Below, piece by piece: positions 1 through 8,694 of a stretch of 32,000 nt of DNA. A program made the translations under genes and the position numbers. Under the pieces are notes generated by a model. It made no database searches. It saw only the letters and a list, made by a program, of their open reading frames with translations, and was not told where the DNA came from. The stretch comes from Pseudomonas phage 201phi2-1, in the sequence record NC_010821.1; one strand, given 5' to 3'. Positions within the stretch are counted from its first letter, which is position 1, and each line of letters begins with the position of its first letter.

Positions 1-659
1 GCTTTAAGATCAATCCATTGCTTCTCAACGTTAATGAATGAATCGTTTGCATTGCGTAGTCGGACACGAGTTTCCTTAGAATTGATTTCAAAGAAGTTAC
101 CTACATCATCAGCGACTGCTACTGAACCATCTTTGGTATTTATCTGGACGGTGTAAGCAAACGGCTCACCATTCTTTTTAGTTGTTTGTAGATTGACATA
201 TCCATTTAGTGGAGACACAATAGTCGTATAACAGCTGTCGAGTGATTGACCAGCTCCACCCGCATTGGGGGTTGCACCGTAGGCATTGACAACATGCTCT
301 AGGGTACGTAGTCCATTACGCATGTTCATGCTACGCCAGAAGTATTTGGTCGAGTTACCCAAACGGTAGATCTCAACGAGTTCACCTCGACGGACGTCAG
401 GTGGGGTAACACGGTTATCATCAAACGGGTACCATTCACATTCCAGATCGCGAGTAGCGGTACCTTTTACTTCGTAGGCGTTACCCTTAGCATCAATACC
501 CTTCAAAATATCCTGTACTGGGTTATGTGTTACTTCACCATCAGTTGCAGATGCGGACTCAACCGGTAGTGCTTGGATGATCCTAGAGTCGTAAGATTTG
601 TTCTTAGTAACATACCCAACACTGAATAAAAATAGTGCAGATTTAATATCAGTAGCCAT
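1..659 (-). CDS. Hypothetical protein, possibly virion-associated (N-terminal 219 codons; continues beyond window start)
   Basis: Open minus-strand frame from ATG at 659 with no stop to the window edge; translation begins MATDIKSALFLFSVGYVTKNKSYDSRIIQALPVESASATDGEVTHNPVQDILKGIDAKG. Missing from the ORF track because it is truncated. Confidence 0.8.
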   Translation of the reverse strand, partial: MATDIKSALFLFSVGYVTKNKSYDSRIIQALPVESASATDGEVTHNPVQDILKGIDAKGNAYEVKGTATRDLECEWYPFDDNRVTPPDVRRGELVEIYRLGNSTKYFWRSMNMRNGLRTLEHVVNAYGATPNAGGAGQSLDSCYTTIVSPLNGYVNLQTTKKNGEPFAYTVQINTKDGSVAVADDVGNFFEINSKETRVRLRNANDSFINVEKQWIDLK

Positions 660-717
660 TGTAATTAACCTTTTACTTGGTTGTATAGATCTATAAGATT
701 ACTTAAGGATTCTCAAA
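660..717. promoter_or_regulatory. Divergent intergenic region with 12-bp palindrome TATAGATCTATA (684-695)
   Basis: AT-rich gap between divergent genes starting at 659(-) and 718(+); perfect palindrome read directly. Confidence 0.5.
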
Positions 718-3207
718 ATGCAAATTAGTCTAATGCGTCTGAAGTCGTATAAGCGACTGATGCGTTCAGGTATTCAATCCTTCGAATGGACCCCTACCAA
801 ACAACTGATGCTGATCATTGGTTCAAACGGTTCGGGTAAGTCGAGTATCATGGACGAGCTATCACCGCTTCCGGCCCGACACAAAGCTTTTCTTAAAGGT
901 GGCGAAAAGGAATTTCATTGTTATCATAATGGCAACCTCTATGTCCTTAAGTCAGTTTACAATCATGGTACAGGTGACCACTCATTCATCCGTAATGATG
1001 AGGAGCTTAACTCGGGTGGCACATTCAAGATCCAAGAAGACCTCTGCCTCCAAGAGTTTGGCTTGACTCGTGAAATCCACGACATCATGACCGGTCGTAC
1101 TCTCTTTACTGACTTGAGTACAGCGGAACGACGTAAGCTATTGACTAAGATGTCTGTAGTTAATCTGGATTATGCATTCGATATCTTCCAGAAACTGAAG
1201 ATTGAATCTCGCTCTCAGAAAGGTACAGTGGATACTATCACTCGTCGACTGGTTAACGAGAACCATGACATTCCATCTGATGCCGAAATGCAATTGATGC
1301 GTTTGGACAACCAGAAACTGAATGATCGATTGAATCAATTGTTCACTGCTCGTCAACCAAATGTTAAGCAAGGATTCAATAATGAAGAAGAAGCCGCTTC
1401 AGCTCTCTCCCAACTTGTTGAGCGTGCTAAAAGTTTGCTCTATAGTTACCCTAAGCTACCCGCGGGGTTTATTTCGAATTCCAGAGAAGACTTCGCAGAA
1501 CAAAAGCAACTCGTTGCAGGACAATGTTCCGCTATTCAGGCCGTAATCCAACGGATGGCTGAAGAACTAGAGTCCTTGAGGGGTTCTAATAGTGCGGAGT
1601 TTGAAGTTTCACCTGAGCAGCTAACTGGACTGCAATCGGAGATAGAACAACTACAAGCTCGTATTGACGAAGCACAGGCTAAGTTCGACCTAACTAAACC
1701 AAAGTTACCGATCTTTAACTTAGACCTCACCAACGATCCCCTAGGACGTCTGGAAGGTATGTTCTCTCGATGGATGGCTTCTATTAATGCTTTCCCTGAA
1801 AACGCCGATGGTTATATCTCGCGTCATGCCTATGAAGCCACAGTGCAGAACGCACAAGCTAACCATGAGAAGCGACGTAAGATGCAAGAGGCCTATCAGA
1901 TTGCTAGCCAAAGGTTGGCTCGACTGAAAGGTTGCGATACTGTAGTTTGTGTTAAGTGTGAACATGAGTTCAAACCGGGGATGGATGAATCAGAAGGTCC
2001 TCGACTGGAAGACTATCTGTCTAAGCTTAGTCTGAAGATGGATGAAGTTGATCTGGCCATCAAGCAAGACGAAGAATACATCGACCTCTTTAAAGAGTAT
2101 CGAGTGCATGTTAGTAACTTTGCAGCACTCAACGGCTCGTATTCTGACTTCGGTACTTTGTGGGATCATCTTGCTCAATCGCAGATTATGTTCCGTACAC
2201 CTAAGACGTTGATGGTAGATGCAGTAGAATGGCATACAGCGATGAAAAGCTACTTAGCCATACGTATGGACTCCGCTAGACTGGTAACGCTCCAAACGCG
2301 TCTACAGACGCTTAAAGAGATCGATTCTGATTCGGTTGCTTATACTCGTAAACGAATCCTCGAACTGGAACACAGTGTAGCAGATAAATACCGTGAGCAG
2401 TCTGAGACTACCCAGTTTCTTCGTGAGATTGAACAAGGCGAACGTGGCATCGCAGACATGAACCGTGAGATCGAATTGTTGTTGACCCGTTATACGGAAT
2501 GGCGTAAACGAGCAATGTCTCATGCGGAATGGTTGTTGGACAAAGCGTTCGAATCTGAGATCACTGAAACACAACTGCAATTGGCTGAAGGTACTCGTAG
2601 ACTCAATATCTCTGAACAGCGTGAGAACTCTATTCGAGTATTGGAGAACGAAGTTAACTCAGCTAAAGAAGTTTCGTCTGACCTTAACCTCCTGATTAAA
2701 GCATTGTCTCCAAATGGTGGTTTACTTGGTCGTTACCTGCTCGGCTTTATGCAAGGCGTGGTAAGTTACGTGAACGCATTCATTGGCGAAGTCTGGACTT
2801 ATCCAATGGAAGTACTACCCTCTAAAGTAGAGAAGGATGAACTCGATTACAACTTCCCATTGAATGTTTCTAATGGTGCTGTAATTGCAGATGACATCGC
2901 ATTGGGTTCTGACTCACAACTTGAGATGGTTAACTTTAGTTTCGAACAAGCAGTCCGTAAGTTCTTGGGTATGGAAAACTATCCATTGTTCCTTGATGAA
3001 TTTGGACGTACGTTCGATGAGCAACACCGAGCTAACTTGATTCCGTTTATCAGTCGCTTGATTGAGAACGGTCATTACTCACAAATTTTCTACATTTCCC
3101 ACTTCAGTAGTGAGCATGGTGCATTCAACAGTGCCGAGTACATGGTGCTTGATCCTACCAACATTACTGTCCCTGTAGCCTTCAATAAAAACGTGGTGAT
3201 TCGATAA
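718..3207 (+). CDS. SbcC/Rad50-like (T4 gp46-like) recombination/repair ATPase
   Basis: 829 aa; N-terminal Walker A 'IIGSNGSGKSSIMDEL', long coiled-coil regions, central zinc-hook-like CxxC 'CVKC', C-terminal Walker B/D-loop-like 'YPLFLDEFGRTFDEQHR' and 'IFYISH'. Confidence 0.85.
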   Translation: MQISLMRLKSYKRLMRSGIQSFEWTPTKQLMLIIGSNGSGKSSIMDELSPLPARHKAFLKGGEKEFHCYHNGNLYVLKSVYNHGTGDHSFIRNDEELNSGGTFKIQEDLCLQEFGLTREIHDIMTGRTLFTDLSTAERRKLLTKMSVVNLDYAFDIFQKLKIESRSQKGTVDTITRRLVNENHDIPSDAEMQLMRLDNQKLNDRLNQLFTARQPNVKQGFNNEEEAASALSQLVERAKSLLYSYPKLPAGFISNSREDFAEQKQLVAGQCSAIQAVIQRMAEELESLRGSNSAEFEVSPEQLTGLQSEIEQLQARIDEAQAKFDLTKPKLPIFNLDLTNDPLGRLEGMFSRWMASINAFPENADGYISRHAYEATVQNAQANHEKRRKMQEAYQIASQRLARLKGCDTVVCVKCEHEFKPGMDESEGPRLEDYLSKLSLKMDEVDLAIKQDEEYIDLFKEYRVHVSNFAALNGSYSDFGTLWDHLAQSQIMFRTPKTLMVDAVEWHTAMKSYLAIRMDSARLVTLQTRLQTLKEIDSDSVAYTRKRILELEHSVADKYREQSETTQFLREIEQGERGIADMNREIELLLTRYTEWRKRAMSHAEWLLDKAFESEITETQLQLAEGTRRLNISEQRENSIRVLENEVNSAKEVSSDLNLLIKALSPNGGLLGRYLLGFMQGVVSYVNAFIGEVWTYPMEVLPSKVEKDELDYNFPLNVSNGAVIADDIALGSDSQLEMVNFSFEQAVRKFLGMENYPLFLDEFGRTFDEQHRANLIPFISRLIENGHYSQIFYISHFSSEHGAFNSAEYMVLDPTNITVPVAFNKNVVIR

Positions 3208-3332
3208 TGCCAAACGCAATTGATATCGTACATTATGCTGTAACCCAACTAGCCTACCCCTTCTGGTCATTATGTGCAGCTGCCGGCGTCTGGCACACAA
3301 TTATTAATTTCGTAGAGGAGATGAAAAAATGA
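3207..3332 (+). CDS. Small (41 aa) putative membrane protein
   Basis: ATG overlaps the upstream TAA (TAATG) and its TGA overlaps the next ATG (ATGA at 3329). Translation MPNAIDIVHYAVTQLAYPFWSLCAAAGVWHTIINFVEEMKK. Confidence 0.55.
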   Translation: MPNAIDIVHYAVTQLAYPFWSLCAAAGVWHTIINFVEEMKK

Positions 3333-3655
3333 CACCAGATGACGCGATCGTACTTCTCACACTGACCCTAATGATCGGTGGGATACTTTATTGCCTAGGA
3401 CGCATGGCTGGGTGGAGCATCCTATGGTGTTACTTTGTCGGTAGTGCGATCATCGAACTTAGCGTGCGATTGATTAAGGTACCATTAAAGAAACTAGATG
3501 AATGGTCATCCGCAAGGACACTGAATCGTTTACTACTTGAAACAGAGAAAGCTGATGCTCGTCGTAAGCTAGTACGGGATGCACTTGCACCAACGAACCC
3601 ACATACTCTACAAGTACGTCAACGTCGGCACATTACTAACCCAATGATCCAATAG
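3329..3655 (+). CDS. Hypothetical membrane protein (108 aa)
   Basis: ORF with two N-terminal hydrophobic segments and a basic C-terminus; GAGGAGAT ribosome-binding-like sequence upstream. Confidence 0.75.
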   Translation: MTPDDAIVLLTLTLMIGGILYCLGRMAGWSILWCYFVGSAIIELSVRLIKVPLKKLDEWSSARTLNRLLLETEKADARRKLVRDALAPTNPHTLQVRQRRHITNPMIQ

Positions 3656-3663
3656 GTGACCAT

Positions 3664-3843
3664 ATGTTTAAAGACTATGTATTACTGGCGTACATCGCAA
3701 TCATGTGCACGCCACTTCTGTGGTTCGTGAGGCCTCACAAGATTCCTGGTAATGTTAAATGGTACTACGGGCACGTGATAGTGGTAATCATCTCACTCAT
3801 CGGTCTTGCAACATACCGCTATAACTACCCATCGGTGTTATAA
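3664..3843 (+). CDS. Small (59 aa) putative two-helix membrane protein
   Basis: Translation MFKDYVLLAYIAIMCTPLLWFVRPHKIPGNVKWYYGHVIVVIISLIGLATYRYNYPSVL; stop is directly followed by a terminator hairpin. Confidence 0.65.
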   Translation: MFKDYVLLAYIAIMCTPLLWFVRPHKIPGNVKWYYGHVIVVIISLIGLATYRYNYPSVL

Positions 3844-3850
3844 ACATACG

Positions 3851-3873
3851 GCCTCCCTTCGGGGAGGCTTTAT
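3851..3873 (+). terminator. Intrinsic terminator, UUCG tetraloop
   Basis: GCCTCCC-TTCG-GGGAGGC followed by TTTA. Confidence 0.8.
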
Positions 3874-3939
3874 GACGTTAATACATTTTATTTGAGATTT
3901 ATATCATTCACTAGCAGTATAGGTAAGGAAACACTATTC

Positions 3940-4392
3940 ATGTTGTTGAGCGATGTAACTAATCAACTAGGTGCCGGTAGTGCGTATGAGTTCCTCACGG
4001 CATCGCAGTGGGTCAGAGCAAGGCAAGACATACGTGTGTACTACAAAGGCACCCAAATCAACGTAGTGGTGCGCAAAGGGGGGTTCTGGTTCGTAACGAA
4101 CGTAGGTACAACACTTAGATATGTTAGACTCACTTCACAGATCGCTGACCAACTAATTATTAGTCAACGAGATGCTAATTACCTTCTTGATCTACCTAGT
4201 AAAGTAGACAAAGAAGATCTTGATATCCAACAACCTAAACGAGAAGACTCTATGGATGAAACAAGCAACGGCTTCACTGACTTACAAATGAAGAACATGG
4301 CTTTTGCCATGGGTATGTTTTGCGTCGCTACTGCAACAGTGTTTGGTGTTAAGACTGTAGTTAATATTGTTCCTAAGGGGCGAGGTAAATAA
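3940..4392 (+). CDS. Hypothetical protein with C-terminal hydrophobic segment (150 aa; ORF track start 3892)
   Basis: ORF; ATG at 3940 is preceded by AAGGAAA, whereas the ATT-type start at 3892 lacks a ribosome binding site. Confidence 0.7.
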   Translation: MLLSDVTNQLGAGSAYEFLTASQWVRARQDIRVYYKGTQINVVVRKGGFWFVTNVGTTLRYVRLTSQIADQLIISQRDANYLLDLPSKVDKEDLDIQQPKREDSMDETSNGFTDLQMKNMAFAMGMFCVATATVFGVKTVVNIVPKGRGK

Positions 4393-4451
4393 TACTGTTA
4401 GGTCTACCTCTATGTAGAGGGGAGTTATCTTAAAAGTTTATTCATATAAAC

Positions 4452-4480
4452 TATAGAGCTAAGCTCTATACTCCTTTTTC
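4452..4480 (+). terminator. Possible intrinsic terminator or operator: palindromic TATAGAGCT-A-AGCTCTATA followed by CTCCTTTTTC
   Basis: 19-nt odd-centre palindrome followed by a T-run in the gap between 4392 and 4516. Confidence 0.45.
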
Positions 4481-4515
4481 TTAAATTAGAGACAGACCAA
4501 CATAAGGCAAGCGGT

Positions 4516-4776
4516 ATGAAAGATAATTGGTATAACCGTGTTAAGAAAGCTGTACAAGAAAACATTCCAGTAATCGTAACTATCGGCACTACAGTCGCAG
4601 CAGTAGCTGCGGTTATGTATGCTAAGGATGAACTAGACGAAACAGTCAAAGGCAACAATGAGTTATTGAAAACGATTGAAGAGAAAATTGCTATTGCTAT
4701 TGAGTCACCAACCATTGTTAAAGTTGAAATAGGTGACGAGATTGAATTGTTTGGTACAGGTAATCGTACCGATTAA
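4516..4776 (+). CDS. Small membrane protein (86 aa), paralogous to the C-terminus of the 258-aa protein at 10191-10967
   Basis: ORF with one predicted TM segment and ending IVKVEIGDEIELFGTGNRTD; AAGGCAAG upstream. Confidence 0.75.
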   Translation: MKDNWYNRVKKAVQENIPVIVTIGTTVAAVAAVMYAKDELDETVKGNNELLKTIEEKIAIAIESPTIVKVEIGDEIELFGTGNRTD

Positions 4777-4783
4777 CGACATA

Positions 4784-4809
4784 AAGCCCCTCCCGTGAAG
4801 GAAGGGCTT
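4784..4809. terminator. Bidirectional terminator between convergent genes
   Basis: AAGCCC...GGGCTT inverted repeat between the stops at 4776(+) and 4813(-). Confidence 0.6.
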
Positions 4810-4812
4810 GTA

Positions 4813-5340
4813 TTATTTCTGAGGTAGGTCGTCTAAAAGACCCATCTCTCTGGAACGTTGTTCAAGCTGTTCTTTGTTAACGACATCCATACGGCTGATG
4901 AATTTATCAGAGGCTTCAATGATGACACCTTGATCACCCTCACCTTTGGCATGGCCTTTCTCGAAAGCTTCAGGTAGTTCTCCAAGGTCTTGGGATTGAG
5001 TAGGCTCACTTGGTTCTCGCTTAAGGAACGGATGTGCACCACCTGACTGTTGCACCGATTGTGCAATGGCGTTAAGAATACTGAGGGCGTCATCGCCTTT
5101 CTTCTCATCAACCACCAGTCGACGTTTAGCAATCGTGACTTTATCCATTGAGTCGGCTACTTTCAAGAGAAGTTCGACACCATCTTTATCAGTAGGTAGA
5201 CCTTCTGGACCAGCCGTAAGTTTGTGCAGTAAGCGACCTTTTAAACGTTGAGTATGTTTAAGTTGGTCATCGAAGTCTAATTCGGCGTAGTCAACATCGG
5301 GTTGTTCTGGATCTACGAATAGGTTATTAATTGGTTCCAT
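4813..5340 (-). CDS. Hypothetical protein (175 aa)
   Basis: Intact minus-strand ORF MEPINNLFVDPEQPDVDYAELDFDD...; flanked by a divergent promoter-type gap and a convergent terminator. Confidence 0.8.
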   Translation of the reverse strand: MEPINNLFVDPEQPDVDYAELDFDDQLKHTQRLKGRLLHKLTAGPEGLPTDKDGVELLLKVADSMDKVTIAKRRLVVDEKKGDDALSILNAIAQSVQQSGGAHPFLKREPSEPTQSQDLGELPEAFEKGHAKGEGDQGVIIEASDKFISRMDVVNKEQLEQRSREMGLLDDLPQK

Positions 5341-5403
5341 GAAGTTATACCTGACTGGATATAGTTATGTCGTACGACACGTTTAATTGAAAGGGTCTAT
5401 AAA

Positions 5404-5940
5404 ATGATAGATAAAATCGAACGTTTGCTGAGGCGTTGGTCTAAATCAACTCCAAAAGCAACCTACTTTAAATACCTGGAACAGTTTGAAAAGGCAGATA
5501 CGTCGATCACTACTCTACCGATTATGTTGGTTGAGTTCTGGCGTCGGGTTGACCTTAAGCACTTTGAGACAGGTCCAACCCTTAAAGAAATGATGTATGA
5601 AAAGGTTCATGTTCGACATAAATCGATTTCTGAACTAGCGGCTATCTTGGCTATGGCGACTGGGTCGCTTGCCCAAGACGATGAGAACTTCATTCATGAG
5701 ATCTCTATCAATCAGTTCGCAGTCTTCGAAGACCTGACCATGGATGATTACTTTGCCAATTCGAAAGGGGGTTCTGTATCCTATTCGGAAGGTGTTGCTA
5801 TCTTGCGTCAAGCAATGTTAGCACATGGCGATGTGATCGAAAATATGCCACCTGGGTATCATTGCCGGATGTTGAATCGGATGTACAATGATATCCTGAA
5901 CGTTACAGTTACCATCGTAAACCAAATGAAGGACTCCTAA
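5404..5940 (+). CDS. Hypothetical protein (178 aa)
   Basis: Intact ORF MIDKIERLLRRWSKSTPKATYFKYLEQFEKAD.... Confidence 0.8.
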   Translation: MIDKIERLLRRWSKSTPKATYFKYLEQFEKADTSITTLPIMLVEFWRRVDLKHFETGPTLKEMMYEKVHVRHKSISELAAILAMATGSLAQDDENFIHEISINQFAVFEDLTMDDYFANSKGGSVSYSEGVAILRQAMLAHGDVIENMPPGYHCRMLNRMYNDILNVTVTIVNQMKDS

Positions 5941-6002
5941 CAATCAGGTCAAATTTAACCGTAGTATCGAACCCTGTTTAATTCACCGTAGGTGTAGAGC
6001 TA

Positions 6003-6758
6003 ATGGATTCTGTAAACGATTTGTTGTCCGATCCACTTAAGGGCACTAAACGCGCGCAAGGCGTACTGTGTTATTTGTTCCGTGAAGCATTGTTGTGGCG
6101 TAAGATGAACCGCTTTACTTGGGGTCGTCTTCAAAACAACTATTTCTTGAAACCCCATAATCAGGTTAAACCTGATAAAGGTAACTTGAATAAAGTGCTG
6201 ATCGCAGATGACATGAACTGGCAGGCTTTCTGCAAAGCTATTGACTTCCTCAATCCACACAAAGCGTATCTTGATATCAAGCTACACTGGAAAGATGGTA
6301 GTACTAGCGACTATCGGGTTGTAGTAGACCCGACTGATCCAGAAGACAAACCAACTGCCAACGAATTCCACTGGACAGATTGTGAAATCTTTAAGCGTGC
6401 AAAAGATCCATCTTTGTTGATGGCTCATCTGTACCGTCACATCGCAGCCAGTGAAGGCTCTAAACACCCTGACCAACTCGTTTGGTGGGAAAAGCTGTTT
6501 GAAGATTATACCAAGAACCCGGCTAACGTCGTAGGTATGACTCAGACTGAGATAAACAAGAACGTTCAAGGCTTGAAGCGATCCATCGTCGATCCGCGTT
6601 TGAGCTGGAACGGGTTTCGTAAAGGACTGCATCTGCTTCGCCCTAAAGCGGAGGAGTACACCTTAACACTACAATGGGCGGATAACCCTGAGTTGCGTAA
6701 GACTCTACCCGATTCAATTCATCCGATCTATATCGCTGATCCTTATTTCGTGGAGTGA
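6003..6758 (+). CDS. Hypothetical protein (251 aa) with internally duplicated module
   Basis: Intact ORF; residues 62-98 and 191-227 align without gaps. Confidence 0.8.
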   Translation: MDSVNDLLSDPLKGTKRAQGVLCYLFREALLWRKMNRFTWGRLQNNYFLKPHNQVKPDKGNLNKVLIADDMNWQAFCKAIDFLNPHKAYLDIKLHWKDGSTSDYRVVVDPTDPEDKPTANEFHWTDCEIFKRAKDPSLLMAHLYRHIAASEGSKHPDQLVWWEKLFEDYTKNPANVVGMTQTEINKNVQGLKRSIVDPRLSWNGFRKGLHLLRPKAEEYTLTLQWADNPELRKTLPDSIHPIYIADPYFVE

Positions 6759-6761
6759 CAT

Positions 6762-7298
6762 ATGGTCGATACACAACGAGCTGATGCGGTATTGGAAACG
6801 GTTAAAACAAGCCTTAGAGCTGGCGAGCGGTTTTTGCTTTACCTTGCGTTTGTTAACGGTAAAACAAAACCACCCAAATATCACAACGGTCATATGAGAT
6901 CGCTGGCTCAGCGTGGACTTATTGAACTACTTCCCACCGGTGAATACAAACTGACTTTGGCGGGCGTAGACACATACACCCAGATTTATCTGAACGACGT
7001 AAAGATTGGCGCACGGGATGAAGTTACGACAATCAACTACTTCCGCTGTCACTTCAGTGAAAGATTGCGCGAGGGTTTCGAGGGACCAGTGATCGTATGC
7101 AGTAATGAGGGTGTAATCAATTACACCAAAATGCTCCAGATCACAGAACACCTGAGTCTTAGTCCACGTACGGTTGAATGTGACTACGCCGTGCTGGATT
7201 TCATTGACGAATACACGGGTGAGTCACATGATCTTTATCCGGGTGACACCGTGGTAATGAACAGTGACGGTTACGTAATCCACAAGTTCTCGGAGTGA
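6762..7298 (+). CDS. Hypothetical protein (178 aa), N-terminal winged-helix-like segment
   Basis: Intact ORF; 'MRSLAQRGLIELLPTGEYKLTLAG' resembles a wHTH recognition helix plus wing. Confidence 0.78.
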   Translation: MVDTQRADAVLETVKTSLRAGERFLLYLAFVNGKTKPPKYHNGHMRSLAQRGLIELLPTGEYKLTLAGVDTYTQIYLNDVKIGARDEVTTINYFRCHFSERLREGFEGPVIVCSNEGVINYTKMLQITEHLSLSPRTVECDYAVLDFIDEYTGESHDLYPGDTVVMNSDGYVIHKFSE

Positions 7299-7300
7299 TA

Positions 7301-7678
7301 ATGAGCGTACTTGATCTGTCTGATCCAACAACCTGCCCAAAACAGTTTGACTTCGGCTTCGAGTACCCTAAATCTACATTGACGGGAATTACGTTCCTGT
7401 CATATGAGGGTCTTAGAGCTTACATCATCACAGGTTCAAAACACAACGAGTACTTACAAGGGAACATCGCTTACGCTAACCAGAACTACAAAGCTGATTA
7501 CATCTACGTGCCAGCTTTGAAGGAACTCATGGAATCGACGCTACGTATTGAAATTGCGAAGTATCCTTTCTTGGGTTTGAAGTATGGACCTAAGACTGAG
7601 GTTATCTGGTCTAAGATCGGAATCACTCCCGCTCAACAAGAGTGGGTTGAAACAGTACGGAAGGTACTGTCGAAATAA
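7301..7678 (+). CDS. Hypothetical protein (125 aa; track start is GTG at 7295)
   Basis: ATG at 7301 preceded by CGGAG; coding-like translation MSVLDLSDPTTCPKQFDFGFEYPKSTL. Confidence 0.75.
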   Translation: MSVLDLSDPTTCPKQFDFGFEYPKSTLTGITFLSYEGLRAYIITGSKHNEYLQGNIAYANQNYKADYIYVPALKELMESTLRIEIAKYPFLGLKYGPKTEVIWSKIGITPAQQEWVETVRKVLSK

Positions 7679-7698
7679 AGTAGTAAATCCAAAATAGC

Positions 7699-7722
7699 CG
7701 CCTGACCAATTCCGTTCAGGCG
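7699..7722 (+). terminator. Possible terminator stem-loop
   Basis: CGCCTGA...TCAGGCG inverted repeat downstream of the 7678 stop; no strong T-run. Confidence 0.4.
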
Positions 7723-7744
7723 CTTAACTTAAAAGGTAGTACAT

Positions 7745-8638
7745 ATGAACGTTAAAGAAGAAACCCTCAAGTTGCAAGTCCTGACCACTAAAGCTCTGGC
7801 ATGGATCAATACTAAAGCGATCAAAGAAGAACGGGTCACCATCCAACAACTAGCACAGTCTCTACGTGTATCAGTTGCAAAAGCAAAGGAGATCGTAGGA
7901 TTCCTGATGCGCGGCCCAGGTGATAATGATCGTCTTGCCAACACATACCAGATCTTCGTTCAGGGGAATCAAATTCCAGATTGGATGAGGCCACATTTGT
8001 CGGGTGTGGCGATTGCTGCTATTCTTCGCACTGCCCGAAATCAGAACACCACCATCGTGTACCGCGATGTTCACCGTAAGATCCTCGCTGAAGCATATGG
8101 TGACACTTTCAAAGGATATCTGACAAGCCGTTACAACCATGCCGCGAACGCTATCGCTGATGCTCTTGACCGTTCAGGCATAGATAAGAAAGTATTCGAA
8201 GCAAAGGTTGATGACTACCCTCAACTCCGTCAACTGAACAATCCCGACTGGCACGTCCGGTCGCCGATGGGTGGTGGTTCTGGACTTAACATCACCTACA
8301 CAGCGGTGGAAGGCACAGAGATCTCACTACACTTCGGCTCTCTTCGATTCGAAACGATTGAAGCTGCAATGTACAATGTAATGCCAGAGCTTGTTCATTC
8401 TAAGCACGGTCGTTCAGACCACATGCCCGAAGAACTGGACGCTAAGCTCGATCAAGTCCGTAAGCTGATCTCCAACATGCAAGATCAAGGCTATGGATTT
8501 GTTCGTATGAGTCGACATTTCTCGATGAGTAAGAATCGCACCCATTATACCACGATTGTGTTCACCATGAACGATGACCTAGGTCTGACTGTTCGTGTTG
8601 TTCTCCCATGGGCTAATGTGATGTTTGACGAGGCATAA
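7745..8638 (+). CDS. Hypothetical protein (297 aa), possible HTH domain at N-terminus
   Basis: Intact ORF; 'VTIQQLAQSLRVSVAKAKEIVGFLMRGP' is helix-turn-helix-like. Confidence 0.8.
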   Translation: MNVKEETLKLQVLTTKALAWINTKAIKEERVTIQQLAQSLRVSVAKAKEIVGFLMRGPGDNDRLANTYQIFVQGNQIPDWMRPHLSGVAIAAILRTARNQNTTIVYRDVHRKILAEAYGDTFKGYLTSRYNHAANAIADALDRSGIDKKVFEAKVDDYPQLRQLNNPDWHVRSPMGGGSGLNITYTAVEGTEISLHFGSLRFETIEAAMYNVMPELVHSKHGRSDHMPEELDAKLDQVRKLISNMQDQGYGFVRMSRHFSMSKNRTHYTTIVFTMNDDLGLTVRVVLPWANVMFDEA

Positions 8639-8643
8639 TAGAG

Positions 8644-8667
8644 TGGGGTACTTCGGTACCCCATTTT
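8644..8667 (+). terminator. Intrinsic terminator, UUCG tetraloop
   Basis: TGGGGTAC-TTCG-GTACCCCA-TTTT. Confidence 0.9.
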
Positions 8668-8694
8668 ATGACATTTCTTTTTTGGGTGATTTCA

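Noticed and set aside
8668-8694. Track start at 8668 for the 384-aa ORF
   Set aside because: It lies on the terminator tail with no ribosome binding site; 8695 is more plausible.
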